Shown here: positions 38,443 to 53,100 of the stretch, piece by piece
How the letters are laid out: every line of letters begins with the position of its first letter
Numbering within the stretch: the first letter of the stretch is position 1
Source: Stylophora pistillata
Lineage: Eukaryota
Length of the DNA: 64,000 nt
Reading direction: 5' to 3'
Assembly: GCF_002571385.2 (NCBI RefSeq)
Contig: NW_019217993.1
Span: 62,307 to 126,306 of the forward strand
Position numbers and translations under genes: made by a program
The notes under the pieces: generated by a model
The model's input: only the letters and a program-made list of their open reading frames with translations
Databases searched by the model: none
Told to the model about the DNA's origin: nothing

Positions 38443-40410
38443 CTTCGTCTGTTGTTTTTAAAACATATCTACCACAAGAAAAAGATTCACAGCAGTTGGG
38501 ATGGATTTTGCTTTGTTTAGATCTTCACCTGGGCGTTTACCCTACCGTCGATTCACCTACTCGCACCATTTTGGATTGTAATAAATCATAAAAAGGTTGA
38601 AAGAGAGTCAACGTCGGCGACCTTTTCTAGGGTGAAGTGTTAAATTTCTTTAATGCCTTGGGGAGATTAACATGCCATCAGCTTAATGCTGATATGTTGC
38701 TGCGTAAGCTAACTGAAATATCGACTGTTTCTGTCTTTATTCCGATGGTTATGAATGCTTGCGGGTGCCTTAAGATTTTAAGTCAACTTTGCAGGTTCTG
38801 GATAAACAAAGATCAATGGGAAAATCATCTAAAAGAATCCACCTTTAATGAGAGATTTTGGGCAATTGGAATTTCATGTCCGGTCTATATTTTATCGCAA
38901 AATTCAAAAGTTACTTTAAGAGAATTGCAGTGCATCTCTACTGGATCTCACGGCTTGCTTTAAACCGTTTTTTTTTTCAACATTTGCTACTATTTGTAAT
39001 TGAAAAGCTACTGGTTCAAAGTTGACATTTGTCGTGTTTTAATAGCCCAAATATTTGTCAATAGAAGGTTCTCCCTTAATTCTGTGGTAGATTGGTAAAT
39101 TATTCATTAGCGTCACTAATTACCCTATCAAAAAAAGAAGGTAAGTACAAAACCACAATGCTACCTGGAAATCTTTGTTCATTTAACACAAAGCAAAACT
39201 TGGGCTTTTTTTAAGTTTCGAGTTAAACTTTCTTCATCTTGACAATTACTCGACATTTTTTTCCTTTCCTTTTAATGAGAAAAAACCACCATGTCACCTG
39301 CAAATTTTTGCATACAAATAATTTTGCTGGTGCGAAACACCGTCTAACTGTGACTATTGCGTTCGTGCTCAATTTTGTTCCCGCATTTTAATTGAAAGTG
39401 CAGCAGGTCGAGTGATTTTCAAGAATAATATAAAAAAATAACTCAGAAGTGGACTGACAAAACAATTATTGAACTCTGTTAGTGGCGTTATTTTGCAATA
39501 TTGCGAGATCACGAAATTTTGATCAACTCAATCAATGATTGTCACTTCTTTGGAGACAAAAAAGACGCGTCTCGCACTCCTTTTTCCCTTTTCTCTTCTA
39601 GGTTATAATGGGAGTTTATTGCAGGCTGTGTATCCTTTGATTAATCAGCATGGCTCTCGTCTTAATTCACTTCTTCCCTGTAGATTGATATCCACAGATG
39701 AGCATCTATTAATTTTATTTGAAAAAAAGAAAAAAAGCCTTCAAGAGTGCTTCAAAATTTACAAATCACTTTCCAAGTTCTTATCACGTACGATTTTGGC
39801 CATGTCGTGGAATGATTATCACTTTGGGAACATGTGGAAAGTTTTGTCCTCTGTTTATTGTTTACCTCCAAAGGAACCAAAAAGTTGTACCTTAGGGCGC
39901 AAAATTTTGATAAGTCCCGTCGAGATGTTTTCAACTGTATCACAATAATCTTATTTCGTTTGCTTTAAAACAGTTCATTTGACAGCCTATTATAATTCTA
40001 GCAATTTAATAAAACTACTAAAACCGCTTCACTATTTACACCTGGTCCTCTATTTCTTCACACCAATGTATGTCATACATTATACAATTCTGACTTGAAC
40101 CAGTGTATTTAAAGATTTGATTAATACAAGACTGCTAGTTATAGGATGCTCTTGAAAATTTTCTTTTTAAATGTTATCGTGAAAAAGGCTGCTTAGAAAT
40201 TGTCATCTGTTTACCGAAAACAAATTCTAGCAAAAGTTTTCATTCAAATAATGTTATACACATTTTTGATGAAATGGTTTAGGTTGCGTTCTTAGTTCCT
40301 TTTTAATTTCAATCCTGAAATAATATCTTAGAGGTAAACACTAATGAAAGCACCATAAACAACTATGCCTAGTTACAATTTTAGTCCCTTACACTACAAA
40401 ATTCTATCTA

Positions 40411-40790
40411 CCGCCTCCCGGTTAGCTCAATGGGTAGAACGCTGGACTGTTGTGCGGGAGGTCGAGGGTTCGAGCCCCGGCCGGACCAACAGTCAAGGTC
40501 TTAAAATAATTGAGAAGAATATGCTGCCTTTCCATAACATCAAGAAATGGTTTAGATATTCTATTCTTCTCGGATAGGGACGAATAAATGGAGGTCCCGT
40601 CTCCGTAGGGTTAGGGGTAGGAGACGTTAATTTCCCACGCACGAGATTACTGTGTGATGGATGTTCTCTCCTGGGGTGGGATGGGTGGGTTGTTGTCTTG
40701 CGTTTCATACATGAGCCTCTGGCTCGGGCAATATGGGTAACCATGCCCCACGTAAAGACATTAAACTTTGATTACTATTACTATTATTAC
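40411..40790 (+). mobile_element. Full-length tRNA-derived SINE, possibly Deu/Nin-domain type
   Basis: Pol III A box TAGCTCAATGG and B box GGTTCGAGCC; about 300-nt non-tRNA body shared with 15441-15605; short (ATT/ACT)n tail. The body CGGATAGGGACG..TAAA..GAGGTCCCGTCT resembles, from memory, the DeuSINE central domain. Confidence 0.8.
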
Positions 40791-41182
40791 TGCATAAACT
40801 GCAAAATATTACTGTTTTCAGGTTTCACTTTAACAACACGATCTATTTTGCTTAAAATTTACATTTAGTAATTTTAAAAGCATGTTTCCACACTTTCATT
40901 CTGCAATAAATAATTGCACACAGGTAAAAATTTGAGCGAAACAAACGATCTTCTTTAAAGTAGATAGCAAAGATTTTAGTCAGTTAATTTTCGCTAAATG
41001 AAAGCTCAATCTGAATATTTGGTAAAATAAAAATCTAAAATTTAGCTCCGATATCAATGAAATTACGAGCTCGTGATCAATATTATAACGCAATCTGAAG
41101 CTATGATTATTAAATATCCTGATGAATTTAAATCCGGAAGTGTGCTCTTCGTCAATAAGTAAAATATCGATCCTATTTCGAG

Positions 41183-44100
41183 TTAGACTACAACATTCTG
41201 ATCAAGTTCGAAGAGCCCAGCTTCTTCGCAGAGTTCAGACAGGACTTCCTCGTAAAAGTGTTTTTGTTCCAACAATTCTCTGACTTGAGAATCTCTGTGG
41301 CGTAGTTCTTGCAGCACCGTTTCATTAGGATCACCAGCGGTGTAACCCAAGCTCCTTGTTTCTACTTCGTCTGAGAAGGTAACCTGGAAGAGGAGAGCAA
41401 CATCGACAATGGTAACATTGTTCCTTACCGCCTCACCCCTGCCATTCCGTCGAAAAAACGTGAGACCATTATATTTGTGTCGATAAAAAAGTTTAATTAC
41501 GGTAAATGACGAGTTGTAAACGCGTAGTTTTTGTTTGGGATGGCAATGAGATTTTGAATTTAAACAGTGAATGACGGGAGACGTAATTTTCCTAAGCAAA
41601 GGATATCCTTTGGACATCACTGTGATGTTAAAACAGTTATCCACCGAAGTTTAGGTGACTAGGGGTAATAGTGATTCACAAAATATGTTTGCTCGCGCGC
41701 GATTGGTCAAGGCGCATCCCGTGACCGAATATTTCCAAACTAAAACTGGGGAAATCCGAGGATATACCTCAAATGATATTCTCCAATTTTCAGATCTTAC
41801 GTCCAATATGGAAAAATCTGCGCTCAGAAATTTCATGGAAGATGAGAACAGTTGTGTGGTTGTTACAGAAGGGGGATTTTTTGTTGTTGTTGTTCTTTAA
41901 ATCGTATTAGAGAACACCGAAAAGCGAACATCCCACACCGTAAACGGTAGGCTGTTTGAAAAAATTTTCTCGCGCGTTGTAAATATTTGAAGGATACTTA
42001 ACACAATTGCCCTATTTTGCGCGGAAAAATGCTCGTATATCTTTCCTGTTCCTCGAAACTAATAGTTTTCAAACCAGCCAATCAGCGTGCGAAAAGCCCT
42101 CTTCATTTGAGTGATATATACTAATCCAAAATATCAGCCACGATCTATGCTCGCCATTGATCATCAAATATGTATGATGTGACTGCGATCCCAAACTTTA
42201 ATGAACACGATGAAGTGCTTCAAAACGCTCTCTCTTTTGATGCCGTTTTCGTATGTATCGTCTGACTAACCTTTTTAGGCATTCTTTCTTGAATTCTCTT
42301 CATTTTTTCAACCTGTAAAGAAAGTCGTTTTCTATTACTGTGATAAATCTGAAAATATATAAGTATATTCCACTATCATTGTAAGGTAGTAACAGAATAA
42401 ACTAACGACGATGTCATAGCTTTTTATGATAAAATACTAAATCTACTTGACCAAATCTTCATTAAAAGAGGCTTAAAATACGATGAGTAAGATATCTTTA
42501 AGATAGTGTGGCCTTGGTTACTTCACAGCAAATATTGAAGTACCTTGTTATTCTTGGCACAATGAAGGCCTGGATTGCAAGCAATCTCGCTTTCAGTTTG
42601 GCAATACACTAATGTGCTATTTATTTTTCTAGGGTTTCATACCTTCGTCCTTTCTGAACACATGATTTCTTGAAAGTTGGACTCCAAGGTCTGAAGTTGG
42701 CTGGTCAATTGCCTCATTTCTTGCTCCAGTCGTTGATTGTCGTCTCTAAGAGCCAAGTTTTCCGATCTCAGCCTTCTAGGAGAGTCTTGTGGGCTGTAAG
42801 GGGATTCCTGGAGTAAAAAAGATAAAAGGTAAGGCGAGCGCTACGGACAAAAAAAAATTCCCTAGATTTGTTTTAAACAGTCAAGCGTTACTTAATGAAA
42901 ATTCGTGTGAAGTTTTTAACCAAAAGAGCTTGTCAGAAGTTTTTCACCATTAAATTCTAGCTTGGACTACTAAATTCATCTTGCACTACGCTTGAATTGA
43001 GTTCTTTAATTCGATTTCAAGCGGTTGGTCCTTTAGTAAATAATTTTCGTCATGATACTCACGGTAAAGATGGGACTTATTGCCCTATTGACTTTTTCTG
43101 CCCGCTTTGTCATCTGTCGTTGTAATCTTGCCTCAAGCTTGTTCTTTAGCTCTTCCTTTTCCTTTAAGAACTGATTTTCCATTCTTTCCTTTTCGAGTTC
43201 AAACTCTTCTTCTAAGTTGCTTCGATCTCGCCTTAGCTGGTTCCTCAGCTCCCAGCGTTGCCTCTTCAGTTCATCGATTTCTAACTGTTGTTCACTAATT
43301 GTCTCTTCAAGGGACTTTTTCTCTCGAGCTATTTTTTGCGCAAATTCCTCCTCCATTTTAGACAGTATCTCCATTTTGTAATTAGCGATACTCTTCTCAA
43401 CTAAGTTCCTATCTACAAGGGAGGGATCTTGGTTGTATATCTTGTCTTGAATTAGTCTTCGCTTTTCTTGCAGATTTCCAATCTCTCGTCGTAGGCCCTG
43501 CAGTGTTTCCTCAAACTTCAGTTTTTGCTCTTTCAGTTTCTTATCATATTCCTCCTCTAAGGTTTTTTTCACGGATCTAAGTTCCTTTGCATAAACCTCG
43601 TCCTCTTGGCCACTCCGACCACCCTTGTCATCCTCATAGACTCTAGCCTGGTCACTATCGATGGCATATCCTTTCAGACGATCTTCTAGTTCTTTTCTCC
43701 TATGTTCGGCTTTTTCCAACTGCTCTTTTAAATCCTCAAAATTTTTCTCAAGCTTCTGCGTCTCGTTTGCTAACTTGATGTCAAATTCTTCCTCAAGTTT
43801 GCTCAATAAGTCTCTTTTGTATAGTTCCCAGTCCTCTTTAAGCTTTATCCTATCCCGTTCGTAAATCTCTTCCATAGTTTCTTTCTCTTTTTTGTGTATC
43901 ATCCTAATTTCTTTTCTTTGGTGCTTCAATTTCACGACCTCTTTAAGAAGGTTTTGAATAGTGGATTCAAGAACTTTCTTTTCTTCCTCGTGCATCTTCT
44001 TTAGTGCTTCTTTTTCGCTATGGTTTTTTTCTAGCAGTTTATTTTTATCTTCCTGGAATCTTTCCTCTGCTTTCCGTATATCATTCTCGACGTTTTCTAT

Positions 44101-47100
44101 TTCTTTAGAGTGTTCCTGTAAGATTTTAGAAAGGATTTCTTGGAAGTCGGTTTCTGCTGCAATGTTTTTATCAAGTAACTGTTCGTATATCCTTCTCTCA
44201 ACAGACGCCTTAACTTCCTTTTTCTCTTTTGAAAACTTTCGATTTATTTCCATTGTCATTTCTTCGATTCTCTGTTTGTGTTGCTCGTCATTTTCAGCTA
44301 GCTTTCTCTTCAATTCATCATCAAACGTTTTTTGTAGCCTTTCTTTTTCCGCTTTGAATATTTCTTGCAGTTCGTCTTTCTCTGTCTTCCATTGTTCGTC
44401 AAGATTTTTTAACTCTATTGATGGACTTCTTTCTTCGTCTTCACCTTCTTGTTTCAATGTTTGCGTTAACAACCTATTCTCCCCGTGATTGATGTCTTTT
44501 AAGGTTTCACTTTCACCATTTTCGTTTGGAACATCAATTTCTGCGGAGAACCTTTCACTTGATTCTCTCAGTTCCTCTTGAAGGCTGTTAATGGTTCCTT
44601 TAAGATCGTCATTCATAGCAAACAGTTCTTGAAGCTGGGACTCGAGCTCACGTTTCGAAGCCACCAACTCTTCCATCATCTCTGATTTCTCTTTTTCACA
44701 TTCTTCCAGTACTTTATTTTTCTCTTCATCATGAGTGACAATTACCTCGCTTAATGCTTCTTTTAATTCCTTGACTTCTTTTTTTAGACGTTTGTTTTCT
44801 GTGTCGAGTTCTCCGATCTTTTTCCTTAAATTGATCATATCTTCTAAAAGTTTTCCGTTTTGGTTGTCATCATTCTTTTGTTTTAAGAGAAGTTCCTTTT
44901 CTCTCATCAAGCTGTTAAGCTCATCAAGCAAATCCCTTTTGCTTTCTTCTATGGACAATCTTCTCTTTCTTTCGTTTGTTAAGTCTTCTTGAAGTTGTTT
45001 GTTGTCCTGCTTCAACTCGATTTCTTCCATTATCCTTTTCCGTGTCTCCTCTGGCGTTTCACCGTCGTCATCGTCTACATTCTTCATCTTCAGGTCAACA
45101 ATGTCTTGAAGCAAATCCTGAATATCTTTTTCGTATTTCTGTTTTAAATTCGTCTCTTCCTCAAGCGCTTTCTCTAACTTCTTTACTCTATCTCGCAAAC
45201 TATCTAAATCTTCATTCTCATTTTCGATTTCTGTTGCTGCTTTTGTTTCTGCTAAATACTTCTCAGACCAGATTGAATTTGGAACTTCACTTTGATCGTT
45301 TTTATTTTCCTCTGGTAAATCATCACTAAACAATTCTTCCATATACTCGAGATTGAAATGTTCCTCATGCCTTGATACCTCCACGCTTAGGATTTCCTCG
45401 TTTATGACTTCTTGAACTTGAAGTGGTAGTGGAGATTCTTGGTTGGGTATCGTGATTTTCGGTTCCTTTGGAAAAAGGTTCTTCAGCGCACTGATATCCA
45501 TATCACATAAATCTGCCTTTTCACGATCGTCCGTGTCCTTCAGTTTATCACTAAAGCTCGTTCTCTCTTCACTCGGTACCAAGTTTGCCTCACCAGGATT
45601 GGGAGCAAAGTAATGGTTTACATCGTCTTGGTCACTAATTTCACAGTCTTCTTCTAAGATTTGACTGCTTGGCATAGTTAAATCAGTACTTCCGCTTTCG
45701 TCAGTGGGCGCCGAGTTGGCACCTGTTGAATTTTCACAAACAATGTGACTTGCGATCACAGGCCCACTGAAATCAGTCATTTTTACCTGACGTGGTTTTT
45801 TCAATTGCATTTCATAGCTTTCCAACACCTGGGCTAATGTTACTCTCTCTGTGACAACGTCATTAAAAGCATCAAGCTCCCTAACGGAAGCAAAAGTGAC
45901 AGCGGCGTTCATATCGTTACTGTCGTCTTCTTGTGACCTCATAAGTTCCTCCGCAAGTTCTGCACCTACCCTCTTGGATAGCCGTCTCAGTTTGAAGCGT
46001 AAAGCTTCGTTCTCGCTAACGAGTGTTTTAACTTGGTGCTGATCGCCTGATTTAATTTCCTCGCCTTCTCTGCTATTTTCCAGGGTGAGCATTTCCTCAG
46101 CTTCTTGGTATTGAGATTTTGGGTTTCTTTCATCTTCTGAAATGGAAATTACTGGCTCCTTCTCGTCAACATGAACTATCTGAGCTAATTTTACATCCTC
46201 GGTCAGAGCCTTTCTGAAAACCAAAGGACCAACGCCAACATTCCCTTTTTCTCTTAGTCGGTCTTCGTAGTTTTGCAAAACACGAGCCAATGTAATTTGA
46301 TTTTCCTCGACAGTTCTCAACGCTTGCAAGTCATTAATAGGTTCCAAGGGAACGTTATTTACTCTATCGGGTAAGTTCAGCAACTCTTCAACCAATTCCA
46401 CTCCTACCGTAAGAGTTAGTTTTTGCAGCCTTTTGTTGGATTCCAGGTTCTCACTGCTAAGCTTTTGAATTTTCTCTTCATATTCTGAAAAACATGCAAG
46501 ATCTGAACGATCAGCCAAACTTTCCTTCTCTGTCAATGCATGAAGGGCCCCGTTTTCCCTTTTAAGCTTGTTCAGCTCTCTTTCATAGCCGAGAATAACC
46601 TCTCCCAAGGTCTTCTCTTCCTCCGCCATCAATGCCAAGGCTTCAAAAGGAGGCTTCACGTCCGTTCGGGAACTCTCGGGTAGATTGTCCATCAAAATCT
46701 CATTTAAAAGATCGCTGCCGATTTTATCGTAGAGCTTTGTAAACGTAGCCTCTTTTTTGGCAAGCTCGTCGTTTTCATTGCGCTTTTCTACGATTTCCAT
46801 CTCGTATTCGTCTAAAATATCTGCGAGCGACTTTTCTTCATCTTCCATTCGTTGGACTAAATTATGGTAACCACGGTGGCTTTCCGTTGTTGGTGTTTTA
46901 TTCGATGTGTTCAATATTTCATTCACAAGCTCTCTTCCAACTTTATCAGATAATACGTCAAGCTCCTTGGCAATGATCTTTCTTACGTTCTTGAGTTCAT
47001 CTATTTCACTTTCTTGGGATGTCGCTATCGATAGTATATCACCGGACACTAATTCCTTTAGTGTTAATATTTCGTGATCTTTCTTCTCTAATTCGTTCTC

Positions 47101-50100
47101 GTAGTCTTTCAAGATATCTTCAAGGGTTGTATCGCTTTTCCTCTCCATGACCTCCACTGCCCTGAGAACGATCCCTTCTGTTTTATTTTCTCCCAGTGTT
47201 TTAAGCTGTTGTGCCAAGTCCATTCCTATTTTCTTCTCCAACAGAGTTTGCTCTCGAACTTTGTTTTTCAAGTTTGAAATCTCATCTTCATATTCTGATA
47301 CCTTATCCCAAAGTGATGACTTTTCCGGATCCTCAGAAACAAGATGATGCATGGCAGCAATTTCTCTCTTCATGCTCTGTAAACTGTTTTCATATTGTTT
47401 TGTTACCTCAGCAAGGGTTTTCTGTTCGTTTTTCATTATTTTTAGAGCATTTAGAGGCAAAGTCTCCTCTGCGTCACTAGGGCTTAAGATTTTGTCCGCC
47501 ACATCTCGTCCTACCCCATCAGCTAACATACCAAAGTTTGTTTCAATATCCTGTTTTTCTTTGACGAGTTCTTGAATCTTCATTTCGTAATTTGTGACAA
47601 GATTTGTTATCGAGTCACCATTTTCAACACCTCTTTCTGTGTTGGCGATCGTTTTAAGAGTCTCATTCTCTCTTGACAATTTTCCAATCTCATTTTCGTA
47701 TTCCTGCAAAATGACTGAAAGTTGCTTTTCTTCATCTTCCATTATCTTGAGCGCTTTTGTTGACGACTTTAACCTCGTTTTCTCCTTAAAACTCAATCTG
47801 AGAACGTCGTTCACCAAATTATCTCCCATTCTTGCTATCAATGTGGACATTTTACTTTCCATTTCAATATTCTGGCTCTTTAGATGTTCAATTTCATCTT
47901 CGTATTGTGAAATTACGTCGAGAACAGATTGACCATTATTTTCATCGTCTTTGACTAATGCCTCAATCGCATTCTTTTCTATGGTTAATCTCTCCAGTTC
48001 CAGTTCATAGGTTTCTAAAATATCTGCAAGGGTTGTGTTTTCCTCCTTTAATCTTGTGACTGCTCTCCACTTTTGTTTCATTCCTACCTCGGTCTCTGTT
48101 TGAGGAAGCAACAATTCGTTTGTGAGCTCTGATCCAACTTTTCCTCTCAAGATTTTCAGTTGTTCAGCGCTTGAAAATGCACCATCATCAGATTTAATAG
48201 TTAACATTGTCTCGTACGACTCCAAAACATCTTTTAAGGTAGTTTCCTTTTCTTGCATGATTTTCATAGCTTTGTACTTTGGTGTTTTGTTTGATCTGTG
48301 TCCTCTCTCAGTGGCGTTTGTACCACCCTTTGCTGTATTTCTTTTCATCGACATGACGTCCTCCGCAAGTTCCGGACCAATCCTTTCTTTAAGAAAGTCT
48401 AATTCGTCCTTCAGGCTTTCACTTTGGGTTTTCAATTCTTCAATTTTTTCTTCATATTCATTGACTATTCCCGTAATCGTGCATGTTTTTCCCTCTTTTC
48501 CTGGATCAGCTTTTCGTAACGCTTCTAGTTCTCTTTCATATTTTCTCAGGATGTTCTCTAAGGATTTGCCTTCTTTCTGCATTATAAAAGGAGCTTTTAG
48601 ATCGTCTTTCCCCTTCTCCATCTCCAACGCTGGATTTTCCAGGTCTCTCGCCGATTTATCTGATTGGTCGGGAACAAGTGACTTCAGAACTCCTTGCTCC
48701 TTCTCGTAATTTTTTGAGATGTCTTCTATTGTTTGTCCTCCCTCTATGATGACAATTTCAGCTGTCGTTTCCACTGGCGATGAAAGATTACTTCGAGGCC
48801 TGCTTGGATATTTTGAGGTCTTGGAAAATCTGCTCTCGTCTAAACAGGGGTCTCTTATCTCCACAGTTTCTCCATCTTCAGATTCATTTTTGTGAGCACC
48901 ACTGTAATCGTCCTTTGCGATAGCTAATAGTCGTTCTGACAGAGTTGGACCAATGCTATTTTTGAGAAGTTCGTTTTCTTTCTGTAATTCCTCGACAGGG
49001 TTGTTGTATTCAGCTATGACATTCCCTGTGTTTAATTCATCGGAGAATGGTGAAGCATCACTCAACAGAACTCCGAGTGCATTCTCGTAGGTTTCTAAAA
49101 CATCTTCCAAAGTTGACTTCTTTACATCCATGATCTTGGTTACTTTTAGATCTTTGTCCTGTTTTTCGAACCTGAATTCCGAGCTGTTATCTGGCTGCAT
49201 GGCACCATCGCTTTCCTCACTACTACTGATTTCGTTCAGTTTTTTTATATCTCCAACAAGTTTGGGGCCAATCCGTTGCACCAGTCTGTCTGAATCAAGT
49301 CTCTTCCTCTCGCTCTCTGCCCTTAGCTGGTCAACCTTATCTTCGTAGGATTTAACGATGTCGGTTATAGAACTAACTTCGTCTCCGTCTTTTGGTACTA
49401 GACTCCTAAGGGCGGTGAGCTCCTTTTCATACCTGTTGATAATATTTTCTAAAGTTTTTCCTTCACTCCGCACAATCTCTGGAGCCTTTAAATTATTTGC
49501 CATATCGTCCTCTTGATTTTCATTGTTGACAACTGAGACTTTCTCTTGTTCCCTTTGCTCTATTTTATTTAAAAGTGTAGTTCCAATTTTATGCTCTATG
49601 TCATCTAGCCTGCTTGACAAGTGGTCCTTTTCTTTTTCCAGTTTACCAATCTTTTCCTCGTAGTCTGCAGCCACTTGAAGAACAGAGACTCCGTCGCCAG
49701 CGGACAGCTCTTTTGATCTTATTCCCAGCTCCTTTTCGTACTTTATCAAGACATCTTCTACAGTCTTGCCTTCATCTCTTATGTGTAACTGAGCTCTCAG
49801 ATAATCAGAGCCAGGAATTGACCTAACGTCCTCTTCATCATTATTATTGTCGTCAAATGACTGAAAATTCCCTTCAAGTCTTTTTTCTGGTGACATCGAA
49901 GTAAACGGCACTTTGCTTTCTTCACAGTCGACTGTACTTTGCTTTTGTGAATCAACGAACAATGGTATCTGTTTTTCCACCGCTAAATTTAACAGAAATT
50001 TGGCAAGCCTTGGTCCAACAAAGGTCTTTAAAGTGTTTATTTCTTTTTCTTTTTCATCAAGATCTTGTTCATAAAACTCTATCCACCTTTCCAAGGGAAG

Positions 50101-53100
50101 CACCCTTCTATTCTTTGCTTGCAGCTTTTCTGTTCTTTCCTGCTCCTCACTTAGCTTTTCTGTGCTTCCTGATGAAGGTCTCCTGGCGCTTTTGAGGTCT
50201 TCGAAAAGACTGCCTCCGATATTTTCTTCAAGTTGATTGTGGATAAGTCTCAAGTCCGTATTTTGTTCCTGTAGGTCTTTGATTTTTCCTTCGTACTCTT
50301 TGATAACGTCAGCTACTGAATACTTTTCATCATCTTGACCAGGCACCAGCTTTCTTAATGCCAACAGCTCTTTTTCATAGTTATTTATGATGTCCTCTAA
50401 GTTCTTCTCCTCATATTTCATCACATTAATCACGTTTATGTCCATTCTCTCATCGCAGGAGTCTACTTTCTCATCATCTTTTTCTCTTTCCTTCTTAAAA
50501 CAGTCTAACGCGGCATATAGTTCTGCACCGACGGTGTCTTCGAGATGTTGCAACCTTTCCATTAAAATCCTCTTTTCGTCCTCTGATCTTTCGATGTTAT
50601 TCTGCAAATTTGCAATTGGGTCAGACACGTTGACGTCATCTTCGTTTTCCCCAGTAGTTATTTGTCCGAGTGCATCTAGTTCTTTTTCGTACCTTTTCAA
50701 AATTGTTTCGAGATTCAATCCTTCATCTTCAAGAAGTGAAATAGCTTTTAGCTCATCCGAATGTGTTTTTCTGTCATCTGTGTCGAGTTTGCTACGTGAG
50801 GGCCCCTGTGTATCTTCCTTGCATGTACCTGTAAACTTTCTCGCGTCTTTATATTCACCGGTGGGGCTACATTTGTATGACAAATCTTCAGTTGAGGGAG
50901 AAAGAGCTTCCAGTTCCTTTGCATCAAATTGACTTGACAAAAAACAGTCCTCCTTCTCTGCCATTACCAATAAAGCCTCGGCCAAATCTTTACCGATACC
51001 ATCCGTATATACCTTGTTTTCTCTTTTGAGGTTCTCAAGACCTTTTTCGTACATTGCCACAATATCTTCTAAAGGTTCTTGAGAGTTATTTAATATTTCA
51101 ATGGCCTTCAGGGCTCTCTTCGTCTTTACTTGACCAACTTCCTCCTTCGCGCTGGTTTCGTACCCATCTATTACTTCAAGATTGTTAACCTCTGGTTGTA
51201 GGTCTTCAAAGAGTCCATCACCAATCTTTCCTCGAAGTCCACGCAACCCATCCTCGAGAGCATTGTTTGTTTTAGTGAGGTTTTCAAGTTTGTCTTCGTA
51301 GTCTTTCACGATACCTGATATGGTATTTCCCTCCTCTCCTTGGTCTGGGACCAGTTTTCGAAGGACTTCTAATTCTTTTTCGTAATTTTTTAGGACGTCT
51401 TCCAACGCTCTGTTTTCATTTTTCATAATAATTGGTGCCTCTAAGTTTGAAGACTTTTTGTCGTCGAGAGTATACGTATCAGACTCTTTGTCACTTCTCT
51501 TCAAATTATGTAGGTCATACGTAAGGTTAGGTCCGATATTTCTCTCAAGGTGATTCATCATTTCCACCAAATGTTTCTTCTCATTTTCTAATTCCTCACT
51601 CCTATCCTCGAGGTCTTTTATCAGCTCTGTAAATGAATCACTTTCCTTTGACCCGGCAGTAGGTGACTTCTGTATTGTTTCCAGCTCCTTCTCCGGCGTT
51701 TTGAAGACATTTGTGGTTGTTGGGTCTTCGTGTCGCTCGAGTTCAGTATCGTGTGGTTTGTCTTCATCGGGAGAAACGGGCTTGTCATCCAAACCATCCC
51801 CACTTGAATGTTCACTGGATTTAGAAGAATCCGGCTTACGTTTTGTAGGAGCTGTAGCTTGAGTTTCCTCTTCGGCCGTCAGGATCAGGTCCGTGACCTC
51901 CTGGTTTCCAATTGCTTCTTTCAAAATCTCATTTTCTTTCTTAAGGTTATCGAATGTACTCATCTTGGCGTCAACAAAGTTCTCTTCATTTGGAGTACCA
52001 GGAAAGAGTCCTAATGCTTTCTCATACAATTCAAGAACGTCTTGTAGAGATGAATCGACATCTCTTTTCATGATGAATGGGGCATTTAGGTGACTAGCAT
52101 TGTTCGCGCTGGGCATTTCATCGTCAGATTGATGATCCTCGTCGGGCAGTGATGCCAAGATATCTTGTACTAAGTCATTACCAACTTTGTTGGCCAGTGT
52201 GTTGTAGTTATCCATTGCATCCTTGTTTTTGCTTTTAAGATCATCGATTTTTTCTTCATAGTCTCTTACAATGTCTTCCATACAGGTATTTTCGCCTTGG
52301 TTTGAATATAGTTTTCTCAAAGCCTCTAGTTCCTTCTCGTAACTTTTTATCACCCTCTCCAGCGTTTGATCATTCTTTTGCATCATTATTGGTGCATTAA
52401 TGTCATCTTTCTGACCCACTTCGTCAACTTCCTCTTTCTTTTGAAAATCTTCGTTTTCCACATTTTCCAACTTGTGAAGAAGATTTCTTCCTACCAATTT
52501 CGCTAGACCAGATAATCGATCTGCCAGTGCCTCGTTATCTCTCTCCAGATCTGATATCTTATCTTCGTAATTTGATATCAGCTGTGAAATTGATACGTCT
52601 CCGTAATCCTCACCTGTGACTAAGCTCGAAAGTTCATCTATCTGTTTTTCGTACTTTCTCAAGATATTCTCCACGGTTTCACCGTCGTCCTTTAGCAAAT
52701 ACGTAGATTTTAAATCATGTTCCGACTCACCACTTTTTATATCAAGGGAATCCGGATCGCGCTTGGTTGGGAGTCCTTGATCTGTCTCGTCCTTTCCCGA
52801 TGTCTCCTCATCCCTGAAATCCGAATGTGGAAGTAGAGTATGATAAAGGTCGTTGCCAAGTTTGTCTTTCAACAAACCAACTAGGCTCTGAAGTTCGCTG
52901 ATTTCTTCCTTAATCCTGTCTTCGTAATCTTCTATTACCTCTTCGAGAGTCTTTCCGCTCGTTGCCATAAGCTCAGGTGCCCGTAACTCTTTTTCCAAAC
53001 AATTTACTCCCTCAGTGCTAAATAGTACAGAGCCTCTGTCTGGCAGTGCGATATCGTTTTCTTTTGCGAGGTCCTTATCTGGTGCTTTTTCTTCTCTCTC

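Noticed and set aside
39535-39948. 137-aa + strand ORF
   Set aside because: AT-rich sequence between genes A and B with no recognisable protein features or splice support
40411-40485. Possible tRNA gene
   Set aside because: Has A and B boxes but no convincing acceptor stem or poly-T terminator, and runs into a SINE body repeated at 15441-15605
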